42,058 nt of DNA, from the NCBI RefSeq assembly GCF_006345805.1, contig NW_021835085.1:1-42058 (forward strand), read 5' to 3'. The notes below the pieces were generated by a model. That model worked only from the letters and a program-made list of their open reading frames with translations. It did no database searches and was not told the origin of the DNA. The DNA is from Octopus sinensis (Eukaryota). This document shows, piece by piece, positions 23,387-34,814 of this stretch. The first letter of the stretch is position 1; the number at the start of each line of letters is the position of its first letter. The position numbers and the translations under genes were made by a program.

Positions 23387-24496
23387 ATCTCAGTGAATTC
23401 CGAATACAACCAATTTCGGAATTAGAGATAGACATACAAGAAACAAGCACAGAAAAAGCTAGGCGCATGAAAACCCGTGCCAAAACTGCGGCCTTAGATA
23501 TTCTGAATAATAAATGGCAAGAAAAACCTCTCTATGGCAAATACCCAAAGAGAGCGAATAACGCAGATATCGACAAAGCCCTGACCCATCAATGGCTAAT
23601 GGCCTTTGGTTTAAAATCTGAAACAGAGGGGTTTATCATAGCAGCTCAAGATCAATGCCTACCAACAAGAAACTACCAGGCCAACATATTAAAGAACGGC
23701 AGTAGCCCAACATGTCGTGTATGCCGACAACAAAATGAAACCATTGATCATGTTGTCTCCAAATGCAGTCTTCTAGCGCCTACAGAGTACCTCAATAGGC
23801 ATGATAGAGCTGCACAATATATTCACTGGGTAATTTGCAAAAACCTGGATTTGCCCCATGAAAAAAACTGTTTGGAACACAAACCACCCCCAGTGCTTGA
23901 AAATGACCACATCTCACTCCTCTGGAACTTCACCATTCAAACTGACAGGAAGATAGATGCAAATAGGCCAGACATCATATTGAAAGACTTCAGACAAAGA
24001 ACATGCCTCCTCATTGATATGACTGTCCCAATCGATATAAACGTATCTGTCAAGACCTACCAAAAATTGAACAAATATAAAGATCTTGAAATAGAAATCA
24101 GCAAAATGCGGAAGCTGAAGACTAAAACAATACCTGTTGTCATAGGTGCCCTGGGAATGATAGCAAAAGGGACAGATTGCTACCTAACTCAGATACCAGG
24201 AAACCCCAAAATGGCAGAAATTCAAAAGGTAGTGCTCATGGGAACTGCTCATATCCTACGCAAAATAATCTCTATGTAATCCCAAGGTTTAAAACAAACT
24301 TTTTTTTTATTCTTATTTTTTTATTTTTAAAAAAAGATTTTTTTTTATGTATTAGACATTCACTAGTACAACACCAAAAACAAAACAAAAAAAACCAAAT
24401 ATATGGCACAGAACTTCCAACCTGTTGTCTCTTGAGGTCTCTGGGTGAGACTTGGAGCCAACTTGTACAGACATAAAGCAAAAGTCAAACATAGAA
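23387..24496 (+). mobile_element. 5'-truncated R4/Dong-type (RLE) non-LTR retrotransposon inserted in (AAT)n
   Basis: Frame open from ~23386 to the stop at 24279, a ~215-bp 3' UTR, and (AAT)n on both sides (23261-23386, 24497-24557). Confidence 0.9.
23467..24279 (+). CDS. C-terminal part of a non-LTR retrotransposon polyprotein: CCHC zinc knuckle and restriction-like endonuclease (no RT domain retained)
   Basis: KWQEKPLYGKY, WL..GLKSETEGFIIAAQDQ, CRVC..NETIDHVVSKC, RHD, RPDIILKD..LIDMTVP..KLNKYKDL (PD-(D/E)xK), IPVVIGALG. Confidence 0.9.
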   Translation: MKTRAKTAALDILNNKWQEKPLYGKYPKRANNADIDKALTHQWLMAFGLKSETEGFIIAAQDQCLPTRNYQANILKNGSSPTCRVCRQQNETIDHVVSKCSLLAPTEYLNRHDRAAQYIHWVICKNLDLPHEKNCLEHKPPPVLENDHISLLWNFTIQTDRKIDANRPDIILKDFRQRTCLLIDMTVPIDINVSVKTYQKLNKYKDLEIEISKMRKLKTKTIPVVIGALGMIAKGTDCYLTQIPGNPKMAEIQKVVLMGTAHILRKIISM

Positions 24497-24498
24497 TG

Positions 24499-24557
<59 letters not shown>

Positions 24558-24559
24558 TA

Positions 24560-25068
24560 ACTGATTGGAAGTGTTATCATGTGCATTGTTTTGTCTTTGT
24601 ATAAAAGATGGGCTACAGAAAATATTCTGTTCAATACCACAGATTTGCTTGTCAGTTGTTTGACCTTAACCAGTTGAGCATGTCCCTTAATGGCTGACGA
24701 TACGTGCATCTCTGATCGCGAGCAGAAGTAGTGGGGGAGCATCATAGACAGGTGTTGAGAGGGATTCTTTGGGGTTTGAATAATTCACCCTTGGAAACAT
24801 GGGTGTTTCGTTCAACATCCTAAAGCAACCCTTATTCAGGGACCTTTTGAGCAGGATGGGCTACTCAACCTGAAGAAAATTCTAACTGGGCCCCACCTGC
24901 ATGGTCATGTGCTGTTTATCTTGATACGAGATCACCATGTCGCGCACATATGGTTATGATGCATGTGCCTGGTGTACCCTAATCAGACGGGTAGTCATGA
25001 TGAGTATACTGAGCTTCGTATATTTTACCCCAGTGTCACTTTGATGGCATGCACTGCTCTCTCACTCA
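24560..25068 (+). mobile_element. Non-coding (AAT)n-tailed retroposon fragment (3' UTR-like or non-autonomous)
   Basis: Second copy in reverse at 1875-2309; (AAT)n on both sides; no protein similarity seen. Confidence 0.75.
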
Positions 25069-25120
25069 ATAATAATAATAATAATAATAATGATAATAAT
25101 AATAATAATAATAATAATAA

Positions 25121-25332
25121 CACAGACGCACAAACATACACACACACATACATATATATACATATATATGACGGGCTTCTTTCAGTTTCCGTCTACCAAA
25201 TACACTCACAAGGCTTTGATTGGCCCCAGGCTATAGTAGAAGATACTTGCCCAAGATGCCACGCAGTGGGAATGAACCTGGAACCATGTGGTTGGTAAGC
25301 CAGCTACTAACCACAAAGTCACTCCTGCACCT
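25121..25332 (-). mobile_element. SINE type A 5' half (left arm of an inverted duplication)
   Basis: Reverse complement matches 25985-26201, including private variants and the internal microsatellite. Confidence 0.9.
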
Positions 25333-25339
25333 ATTATTA

Positions 25340-25370
<31 letters not shown>

Positions 25371-25406
25371 CATTATTACTATTATCATTATTATTATTAT
25401 TATTTT

Positions 25407-25437
<31 letters not shown>

Positions 25438-25443
25438 TTATTA

Positions 25444-25475
<32 letters not shown>

Positions 25476-25477
25476 TA

Positions 25478-25508
<31 letters not shown>

Positions 25509-25567
25509 AATAATAATAATAATATAATAATAATAATAATTAATTATTATTATTATTATCATTATTA

Positions 25568-25606
<39 letters not shown>

Positions 25607-25608
25607 TA

Positions 25609-25650
<42 letters not shown>

Positions 25651-25658
25651 TATTATTA

Positions 25659-25719
<61 letters not shown>

Positions 25720-25733
25720 TATTATTATTATTA

Positions 25734-25766
<33 letters not shown>

Positions 25767-25920
25767 CAGTATCATTATTGTCATTTACTTTTAATCTGCA
25801 TGTTTGATGCAATCACTTGCCGGGGCACACCCAGCGCCCTAGGGCAAGTGAAGGTTAAGAGTCCCGGCAAGTGATTGCATCAAACATGCAGATTAAAAGT
25901 AAATGACAATAATGATACTG
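25767..25920. repeat. Perfect 58-bp inverted repeat with 38-nt spacer (centre of fold-back duplication)
   Basis: 25767-25824 is the exact reverse complement of 25863-25920; pairing continues outward into (ATT)n/(AAT)n. Confidence 0.95.
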
Positions 25921-25984
25921 ATAATAATAATAATAATAATAATAATAATATAATAATAATAATGATGATGATGATAATAATAAT

Positions 25985-26362
25985 AGGTGCAAGAGTGACT
26001 TTGTGGTTAGTAGCTGGCTTACCAACCACATGGTTCCTGGTTCATTCCCACTGCGTGGCATGTTGGGCAAGTATCTTCTACTATAGACTGGGGCCGACTA
26101 AAGCCTTGTGAGTGTATTTGGTAGACGGAAACTGAAAGAAGCCCGTCATATATATGTATATATATGTATGTGTGTGTGTGTGTATGTTTGTGCGTTTGTG
26201 TTTTTCCCCCCAACGTCACTTGACAACCGATGCTGGTGTGTTTACGTCCCCGTAACTTAGCGTTTCGCCAAAAGGGACCGATAATAAGTACTAGGCTTAC
26301 AAATAATAAATCATGGGGTCGATATTCTCTACTAAGAGGCGCAGTCAGATGATTGAAACAAA
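25985..26362 (+). mobile_element. SINE type A, near full length
   Basis: Head, CORE-like segment, internal (TA)/(TG)n and 3' body similar to 16370-16823. Confidence 0.9.
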
Positions 26363-26365
26363 CAT

Positions 26366-26396
<31 letters not shown>

Positions 26397-26420
26397 AATA
26401 TATATATATATACATATATA

Positions 26421-26584
26421 CGACGAGCTTCTTTCAGTTTCCGTCTACCAAATCCACTCACAAGGCTTTGGTCACCCCGAGGATATAGTAGAAGACACTT
26501 GCCAAAGGTGCCACGCAGTGCGACTGAGCCTGGAACCATGTGGTTCGTAAGCAAGCTACTTACCACACAGCCACGCCTACGCCT
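26421..26584 (-). mobile_element. SINE type A 5' half
   Basis: Reverse complement reads AGGCGTAGGCGTGGCTGTGTGGTAAGTAGCTTGC...GAAACTGAAAGAAGCTCGTCG. Confidence 0.9.
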
Positions 26585-26729
26585 TTTCAGTTTTTGCTTC
26601 CATTTCTTTCCGACTGTCTTCCCAACAGCTAGTGCAAAGAACGTCACTGTATGCATTGAAAGGCCATTATTTACATGGGTGGTAATCATTCTCGCAGCGA
26701 TAATGCTCTTCTCGATACGAGTGAGGCAC

Positions 26730-27062
26730 CGGTTAAAACAATATTTAGCTCTTCACGTTTTGAGTTCAAATTCTGCCGAGGTCGACTTTGCCTTTTATCC
26801 TTCTGGTGTCGAGAAAATAAGTACCAGTTGAACACTGGGGTCGATCTAATCGAAATATTCCCCGCTCCCTGTACACACACCGAAATTATTGGTCCGGTGC
26901 CAAAATGTGAAATCAATATTATTCCAAGCATTTAAGGCAACAAGCTGGCAGAATTGTTACTGCGCTGGAAAAAAACGGCTAGCGGTATTTCTTCCGTATT
27001 CACGTTCTCAGTTCAAATCCCGCCGAGGACCACTTGTCTTTCATCCTTTTGGTGGCGTCGAT
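26730..27062 (+). mobile_element. Two tandem decayed SINE type B copies (~26730-26915 and ~26933-27062)
   Basis: TGAGTTCAAATTCTGCCGAGGTCGACTTTGCC and CAAGCTGGCAGAATTGTTA...TCAGTTCAAATCCCGCCGAGG. Confidence 0.75.
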
Positions 27063-27316
27063 AAAATTTTGGCCTGGAGCCAAAATTTGGAATCAATGTT
27101 ATTTCAAGCACTGAGTAGGTTTGTTTCTAAATATCAACTTAACTTTGAAGTAGAATTCATTCCTAGATATTCTTCATTCCTCTGACAAACTTTGCCAATT
27201 GCAAAGAGTCTGAAGAATTTTTTTTAAAGCGATTCTTATCTAAATCTTAGATTGCGATGTCGGTTACTAATTGAATAATTCTAGCGCTAATTAATTAACT
27301 GCAACAGTAGTGATGG

Positions 27317-27319
<3 letters not shown>

Positions 27320-27397
<78 letters not shown>

Positions 27398-27747
27398 CAG
27401 TAGTAGTACTAGTAAGAGTAGGAGTAGGAGGTGGAGTAGTAGCAACAGGAGTAAAGTGGTACTCATAATAGGTACAATAACAGTAAGAATAATAGATTAG
27501 TTACTAGAATTATTAGCAGCAACAGTAGTATTAGTATTAGTATTAGTAGTAGTTGTAGAAGTAGTAGTAGTAGTAGTATCAGCCGTAGCAGTAGTAGTAA
27601 AAGTAGCAACAGTAGTAGAAATTGCAAAAGTAGTAGTATTAGCAGTAGTAGTAGTAGTTGTTGTAGTAGTAGTACTTGTAGTAGTAGTAGTAGCACCAGC
27701 AACAACAACAGTGGTAGTAGTAGTAGTAGCAGCAGCATCAGCAATAA

Positions 27748-27787
<40 letters not shown>

Positions 27788-27835
27788 TAGTAGTAGTAGT
27801 AGTAGTAGAAGTAGTAGTAGCAGCAGAAGCAGTAG
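27320..27835. repeat. (ATT)n then degenerate (GTA/GCA)n tract
   Basis: Directly visible; explains poly-Thr/poly-Leu ORFs. Confidence 0.9.
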
Positions 27836-28194
27836 AAACCGTGATATATACAATCTATCGATATCGTGTGTTTATTCCACATGCCAACATTTAGCCTCCA
27901 TATTGAACAACTAATATTTTTTTCTTCGACGGTGAATATTATTAGTTTTACAAGATACCTCGCATGTTTTCGTTATCTTTTCCTTCCCATTTTTTTCTCT
28001 TTTTTTTTTAAAAATACAATTTAGAAATTGAGAAATTGCAGAACTTCTTACATACAAACACAGAGCAAACACGTAGATGCAAGACACATTTTTATATACG
28101 TGTGATTGTGTGTGTGTGTTTGGGGTGTGTGTGTAAGTGTATGCGAGTGAGTGCGTCTGCGTGTGTCTGTATGTGAGTGACTTTATTTATATGC

Positions 28195-28236
<42 letters not shown>

Positions 28237-28744
28237 ATATATATATACTACATAATATACAAATATATATATATACGTATACATACAGCGATACAAACAT
28301 ATAAGCGAACATACAAATTATATCTATATGTGTGCGTGTATATATATCTCTATATGTGTGCGTGTATATATATATACAAGCACACACACACACACACACA
28401 TATATATATACACAGCCATATATATGCACACATGCATGTGCATATATATAGAAACAGACATACGCGCATACATATACGTATAAATAAATCTATCTATATA
28501 TATATAGACAGAGTATATATATATATATATATCATATACATACAGATAGATAGAGAGAGAGAGAGGGAGAGAGAAAGAGACAGAAGGAGAAAGAGAGAGA
28601 GGCTATATACTTTCATATAAAACGGTATACGTATATGTAAATAAATGCGTGTATATATATATATATGTATATAAATAATATTTAACCATACACGTATAGG
28701 TTCTGATAGAACAAATAGAAAAAATCATAAAAAATACATGCATA

Positions 28745-28785
<41 letters not shown>

Positions 28786-29084
28786 TAAGCTTATGTCGGT
28801 ATGTACATATATATAAACATATATGTGTAAGTGTGCGGGTGTTTGTGTATATATTCAATGCGCGCTTAAATGCGCACATCAGTGCATAGGAACATACGTA
28901 AACACTGCAATATCTTTACTCATCTGAGGTACGATCAAGCATATGCGCGTGTTTGTTTATACGATAGTGTATTTCGAGGCGAAATTTCGTATCAGCGAAT
29001 ACATAGATATAAAGTTAGATGCGCAGGTATACACGACGCTAAACGCAACAACAAAAACACACGCAGGCATGAACATAGTTGTGC

Positions 29085-29118
<34 letters not shown>

Positions 29119-29458
29119 GTGTGTGTGTTGTGTGAGTGTGTGTGTAAGTATATTTCATATATACACTGTATGTGGGTATATGCTGTTACATACATGATAT
29201 GTGTATATGTAGGCAATTCAAAAGAGGGATATAACGGAGGATTCCTCGAATTAAGTGTTTGCGCACATACATACATACATACATACATACATACATACAT
29301 ACATACATAACATACATACATATACAAACATAGATACATACACACATACATGCCGGTATAAATAAATTCATACATACAAGTATACATACACATGTGCTTG
29401 AATATATATGTATACATATGTATGTGTATGTATATATGTATGTATAGATCTCCCTCTT

Positions 29459-29517
<59 letters not shown>

Positions 29518-30233
29518 ATATAAATGTATATATTCACATTTATGTACATATATACACACACCTATTTTCTTGTTTGTGCGTGTATTCATATATGCATACA
29601 CATATCCTGATATTGCATCTAGTGTATACATGTATAATATATATATATATATATAATATATATATTATATATATATATATATTATATATATGTATATTTA
29701 TATCTATACACACCATATCTGGTTGTATTATCTAAAAACGACGCATTCGTGTTTACGTATTATGCCCGGAGCTGCATCGCTACAGATGCTTACATACGGT
29801 TTCGTATATTCTGCTGTGCGCTTGTGTAGCTCCATACGCGCGCCGTTAAATACACACATACGTATAAAAAATCCTAAACACAAACACATATATATATATA
29901 TACGTTTGTGAATGCGTACGAGCTTCGTTATGTATATGGGTGTAAGTATCGGTGAATTGTAAACAAATAAAGAAGGAGAGTCACAAATATTTATGCCGTT
30001 TTATTTTCAATTGAATTCACCTGATTGAATTGTTTCTTGTTTAAGAAAAATCGTTCAAGCTTTAATATTAATCTGTTTTCAGATATACAAACAACACTGA
30101 GTTATATATATGTATATTTTTTTTAAAATATACACGATCATTTATATATGTATACATAAATACACCCTCATACGCACCCCCGCCACAAATACAAACACAC
30201 GTGCGTGCACACACACATATACATATATAAACT

Positions 30234-30267
<34 letters not shown>

Positions 30268-30453
30268 CATACATACATATATATATATATGGATATAGAT
30301 ATAGATATAGCTATATAGGTAGATAGATAAAATGCATATGCATCTAAAAATATGTATAAGTTTGTATTATGTATAGGTGTGTATATATATATGCATACGC
30401 CAAGCACATATGTGTCGGTTCTTTGCCTGTCACTGAGATATATATATGTATAT

Positions 30454-30487
<34 letters not shown>

Positions 30488-30565
30488 TTCTATGCATACT
30501 AATGTGGAAGTTTGTATGAGCATATATGTAAATATCTATGTATCAGCCATACATGCCTAGGTATA

Positions 30566-30623
<58 letters not shown>

Positions 30624-30941
30624 GTGTGTGGGTGTGTTTGTGCATGCGTGTGTGTACATGTGTGTGTGTATAAAGGAGAGAGAGAGAGAGAGGAGTGACA
30701 GAGAGAGAGCAATACATAGATAGAAAGATAGATAGATACATATGTATACCGATATATTTTTGATAATGTATAGAAGAAATATATGTAAATCTTATTCTCG
30801 TTAATAATGTATGCATCTCAACCTCTACGTATATATAATAGAACTTGCACACACACAAACTCAGAAATATATTATATATTTAGGTTTATATACTCATTTA
30901 AGAGCCAGTATTTTATACACACACACGTACACACACGTATA

Positions 30942-31190
30942 TTGGGTTGGTGCATAATTATTGCGGTTTTTCTCAACAAATTTTATTCAACAAAACAATA
31001 ACAATATTTAACAGAAACATCTTTAAACGACGGTCTGACCGTCTGCCAAACAAATGGGAAACAGTAATTGAAGTAGATGGTGAATATGCTCCGGAATAAT
31101 CATTTAATGACGTTTTTGCTACAAGTTGTTATTGTTTTTGTTGAATAAATTTTGCTGAAAAAAAGCCACAATAATTATTCACAAACCCAA
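30942..31190 (+). mobile_element. Internally deleted mariner (MITE-sized)
   Basis: TA-flanked TIR TTGGGTTGGTGCATAATTATTGCGGTTTTT (Hsmar1/MADE-like) with its complement at the right end, IR extending ~65 bp; interior encodes DRLPNKWETVIEVDGEYAPE*, a mariner C-terminus. Confidence 0.85.
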
Positions 31191-31194
31191 TTTA

Positions 31195-31631
31195 TTGGGT
31201 TCTCCGGAAATTTCATGCCGATTTCTAAAGGAAAAGAAAGGGTCAATAAATACTCGCCAAATATCAACCATTTTGTTGCACAATGCATCTCCATCTTTCC
31301 TTTAACTTGAAAATACCCTCTCCCAGAATTGAGGCAGTTTGACGGCAAAGAATTCATCAAGGTATCTTTTTACGTCATCCAAGGAATTGAAATTTTTACC
31401 ATTAAGACTATTCTGCAGAGACCTGAATAAGTGGAAATCCGAAGGAGCAATATCTGGAGAATATGGTGGGTGGGGTAATACCTCCTAGCCGAGTTGCAGT
31501 AATTTTTGTCTGGTTCCCAAAGCATCAAGTGCCAAAAATGAAATTTCTTATCTTCCATTTTAAAGGATTACAGAATTAACAAAGGTTACAGGAACATAAA
31601 CCTTCTTCTACGAACGTTCCGGACAACCCAA
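31195..31631 (-). mobile_element. Internally deleted mariner retaining the transposase C-terminal region
   Basis: TA-flanked TIRs TTGGGTT(C/G)TCCGGAA; minus strand 31484-31257 gives EVLPHPPYSPDIAPSDFHLFRSLQNSLNGKNFNSLDDVK and, after frameshifts, FFA..LPQFWE..KLKERWRCIVQQNG. Confidence 0.9.
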
Positions 31632-31639
31632 TATATATA

Positions 31640-31796
31640 CGACAGGCTTTGAGTTTCTGTCAACCAAATTCGCGCGCAAGCCGTAAATCGGCCTGCGTCT
31701 ATACTAGAAGACACCCAGCCATGGTTTCACGCAGTGGGACTGAAACACGAACCATGTGGTTGGGAAACAAACTTCTTACCACACATCCACGTCTGT
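31640..31796 (-). mobile_element. Decayed SINE type A 5' half
   Basis: CACGCAGTGGGACTGAA..CGAACCATGTGGTTGGGAAACAAACTTCTTACCACAC matches the other copies. Confidence 0.75.
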
Positions 31797-31798
31797 AA

Positions 31799-32104
31799 TC
31801 TTTATATATAAAATTGAAGTTTTGTGTGTGAGATTCTGTCTCCTCCGATTTAGATTCCTAACTACTCCCACATTTTGCGGTGCAGTTTAACCAAAAGCGG
31901 GTATCTTATAGTCGTCTTTCATATCGAGCCCTTCTGGGTATTAGCGCGCGTCTACGATGAGTCTACGATTTAAAAAAAAATTACCATCATTTTTCTGCAT
32001 TTTTAAGGATTTTAGCTCGGGTTATATAAGGGAAGTAACTCTCTAAAAATGCTTATATAGTTATTTCCCTTACAAACCCGAGCAACGCCGGGCGATACTG
32101 CTAG
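31799..32104 (+). mobile_element. Non-autonomous Helitron-like element
   Basis: A|TC 5' end (TCTTTATATATAAAA), subterminal GC hairpin CCCGAGCAACGCCGGG (32077-32092), 3' CTAG|T, no TSD. Confidence 0.75.
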
Positions 32105-32637
32105 TATATATATATTACATGAGGAAATAATCTCGCGTAGAATAAACCTGTGCTTTTTGTTGAGTCTGATCTGCACACCGTGCTTTTAATTATTGCAAAA
32201 AGAAATCTTTCAGAAATAGGCATCAGCTGTGCACATGCGCCAGGCAGTGTAAAATTTTATGTCGCCCTAGCGTTCCATTCTTTGAGGTGACAGTTATTCT
32301 CCAAGAATTTGGACCTAAAAACAATGGGGCAGTTGTGATGCAACGTCTGCTGTTACTTAAGGAGCTCTCTACATCGTAATGTGTCGTACAGACGTGGTGT
32401 CCCTATATTCTGCTCCGATTCTACGCCCGATTTATTTATTTATTTATTTATTCAAAGTGGGTTCTTTTTTTCTAAGGAGAGAAGATTCAAATCAATCCGA
32501 TCTTCACGTGAATTTTCGCCCGAGGATTGCAGCCAAATAATTTATATATATGTATCATATTGTCTTAAAATCACTACATATCTCCGTGTGTACGGATTTG
32601 ATGTGTATGTGTGCGTACACACACATATGTATATTTA

Positions 32638-32715
<78 letters not shown>

Positions 32716-32775
32716 GTTATCTATCTATCTATCTATCTATCTCTCTATCTATATATATATATATATATATATAGA

Positions 32776-32820
<45 letters not shown>

Positions 32821-33082
32821 CAGATAGATAGACAGATAGATATATGATATATATAATATGCTATGTGATATATAGATATCTATTTTATCTATGTGTGTAT
32901 GACCACAAAGAAAGACACGTGGGCAATCTTATATATGTCGTTATGCGTGCATCTCTTTCTCCCACTCTTTCTCTCTCTATCTACTCTATCATTCTATGTG
33001 CACACACAAGTGCATATAATAAGTACATACATATGTATATGTATGTGTATATCTACCTGTCTCTCTCTCTACTCTGTCATCA

Positions 33083-33118
<36 letters not shown>

Positions 33119-33146
33119 CATGTATACGCATAAACACATGTACAAG

Positions 33147-33205
<59 letters not shown>

Positions 33206-33321
33206 TGTTTATATGTATATGCGTGTGTGTGTGTATGTATAGTACATAGCTATGCACACATGTACATACTGACACCCCTAAATATATTTAGACACACAGA
33301 TATATGTTACACACAACACAC

Positions 33322-33383
<62 letters not shown>

Positions 33384-34582
33384 GGTTCGTGTGTTGTATG
33401 TCCTTACGTGTATGTTTACACACACACACAAACAATCAAGAAAACACACACACATACAAAAATACACAAACACACATACCGCTTAAGACCACTGATTGAT
33501 ATGTCCGCAATCTCCAGAAAAGGAGATTCTTATGTGCGGTTTATGTTATGGGAACTCTTCAATCGTTTCCCATTTTTCATTTTATTACACACCGTTTCGT
33601 CCCTCATTAATTAACAACCTTTTGACACGAACACTTCCAATTATTCTATTGGAATCGGAACGGTTCCAGCAGTATAGCTGTGTGTTAATAATATATCCAT
33701 TCAAACATCTCGTCCCATCTTAGCTTACCTTCCTCTATCGCATTCCATTTTGCTTCGAACCGTAATCTTTCCACGAAGCTTTTATCTTAAGTTATACTAT
33801 TAAAAGAATCTTAATGTAATAGAAAATTGGATGAAATTACTTCGTATATATATATACTACATATATATACATACATATATATATATATGAGTGTATATAC
33901 ACGCACATCCATGATTGCTTGTATGTACGTTTTTGGCTGTCTATGTGTGTGTATATGCGTGTTTTTCTTTATCTATCGAAAAATTAATCCACAATGTCTG
34001 TCCGTGTATATCCTATTCTCTTATGCTCTTATTCTTTTAATCTATTATACTTTTATCGTTTTCTCCAACTGAAATGTAGAAATCTCGCTGCGTAAAAGGT
34101 GTCACCTACAGCGGTTTTTCTTTAATTCTTATTTTTTTTGTCTGTGGTTCTAGATTAAATCTCTTCTAGTACTTAGTTCTTTGGTATTTATTCCATAGAA
34201 GTCTTAAGAGGACCAAGGAAAATACAGTCTGCCTTAGCTGTGAATGAATATAACTGAATGTAATATATTTTACTCCGTCGTAAAATTTCTTAGGCCTTCT
34301 TCGATATACAAACAAGCTTGATATACATACATACATATATACATACATACATACATACATACATACATACATGCATGTATATATATTTATATATATATTA
34401 TAATAATTATTATTATTGTTTGAGGGAATGAAATCCAAACTTACAAGGAAAAAAATTCAATTTAGAAATAATAAATCAAATTTCAAACAATATATATATA
34501 TATATGTGTGTGTGTATATATACACCACACCACACACACCACACACACACATATAATATATATGTATATATATATAATATAT

Positions 34583-34639
<57 letters not shown>

Positions 34640-34654
34640 TATATACAATATATA

Positions 34655-34814
34655 CCGGAGTAAACACATAATGTGAAACAAGGTGAAGAAAAACAGTACT
34701 CAAATACCAGTGGTAGAGTAATATGCTTTATTTAAAGCAGCAGAAAATTCAACAAAACCTGTCACTCTGAGTTTCACATTGCCGTTCGTCGGACAGTTTT
34801 TTGTCCGACGAACG
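34655..34814 (-). mobile_element. Penelope-like terminal repeat with hammerhead motif (34754-34800) and short inverted 5' segment
   Basis: Minus strand AAAACTGT-CCGACGA-ACG(GCAA)TGT-GAAA-CTC(A)GAGT-G-ACAGGTTT, then AATAAA; 13-bp inverted repeat 34783-34795/34802-34814; same family as 7842-7887. Confidence 0.65.

Noticed and set aside
32211-32290. Candidate exon IGISCAHAPGSVKFYVALAFHSL
   Set aside because: Weak donor (GTGACA), no recognisable homology, too short to support.
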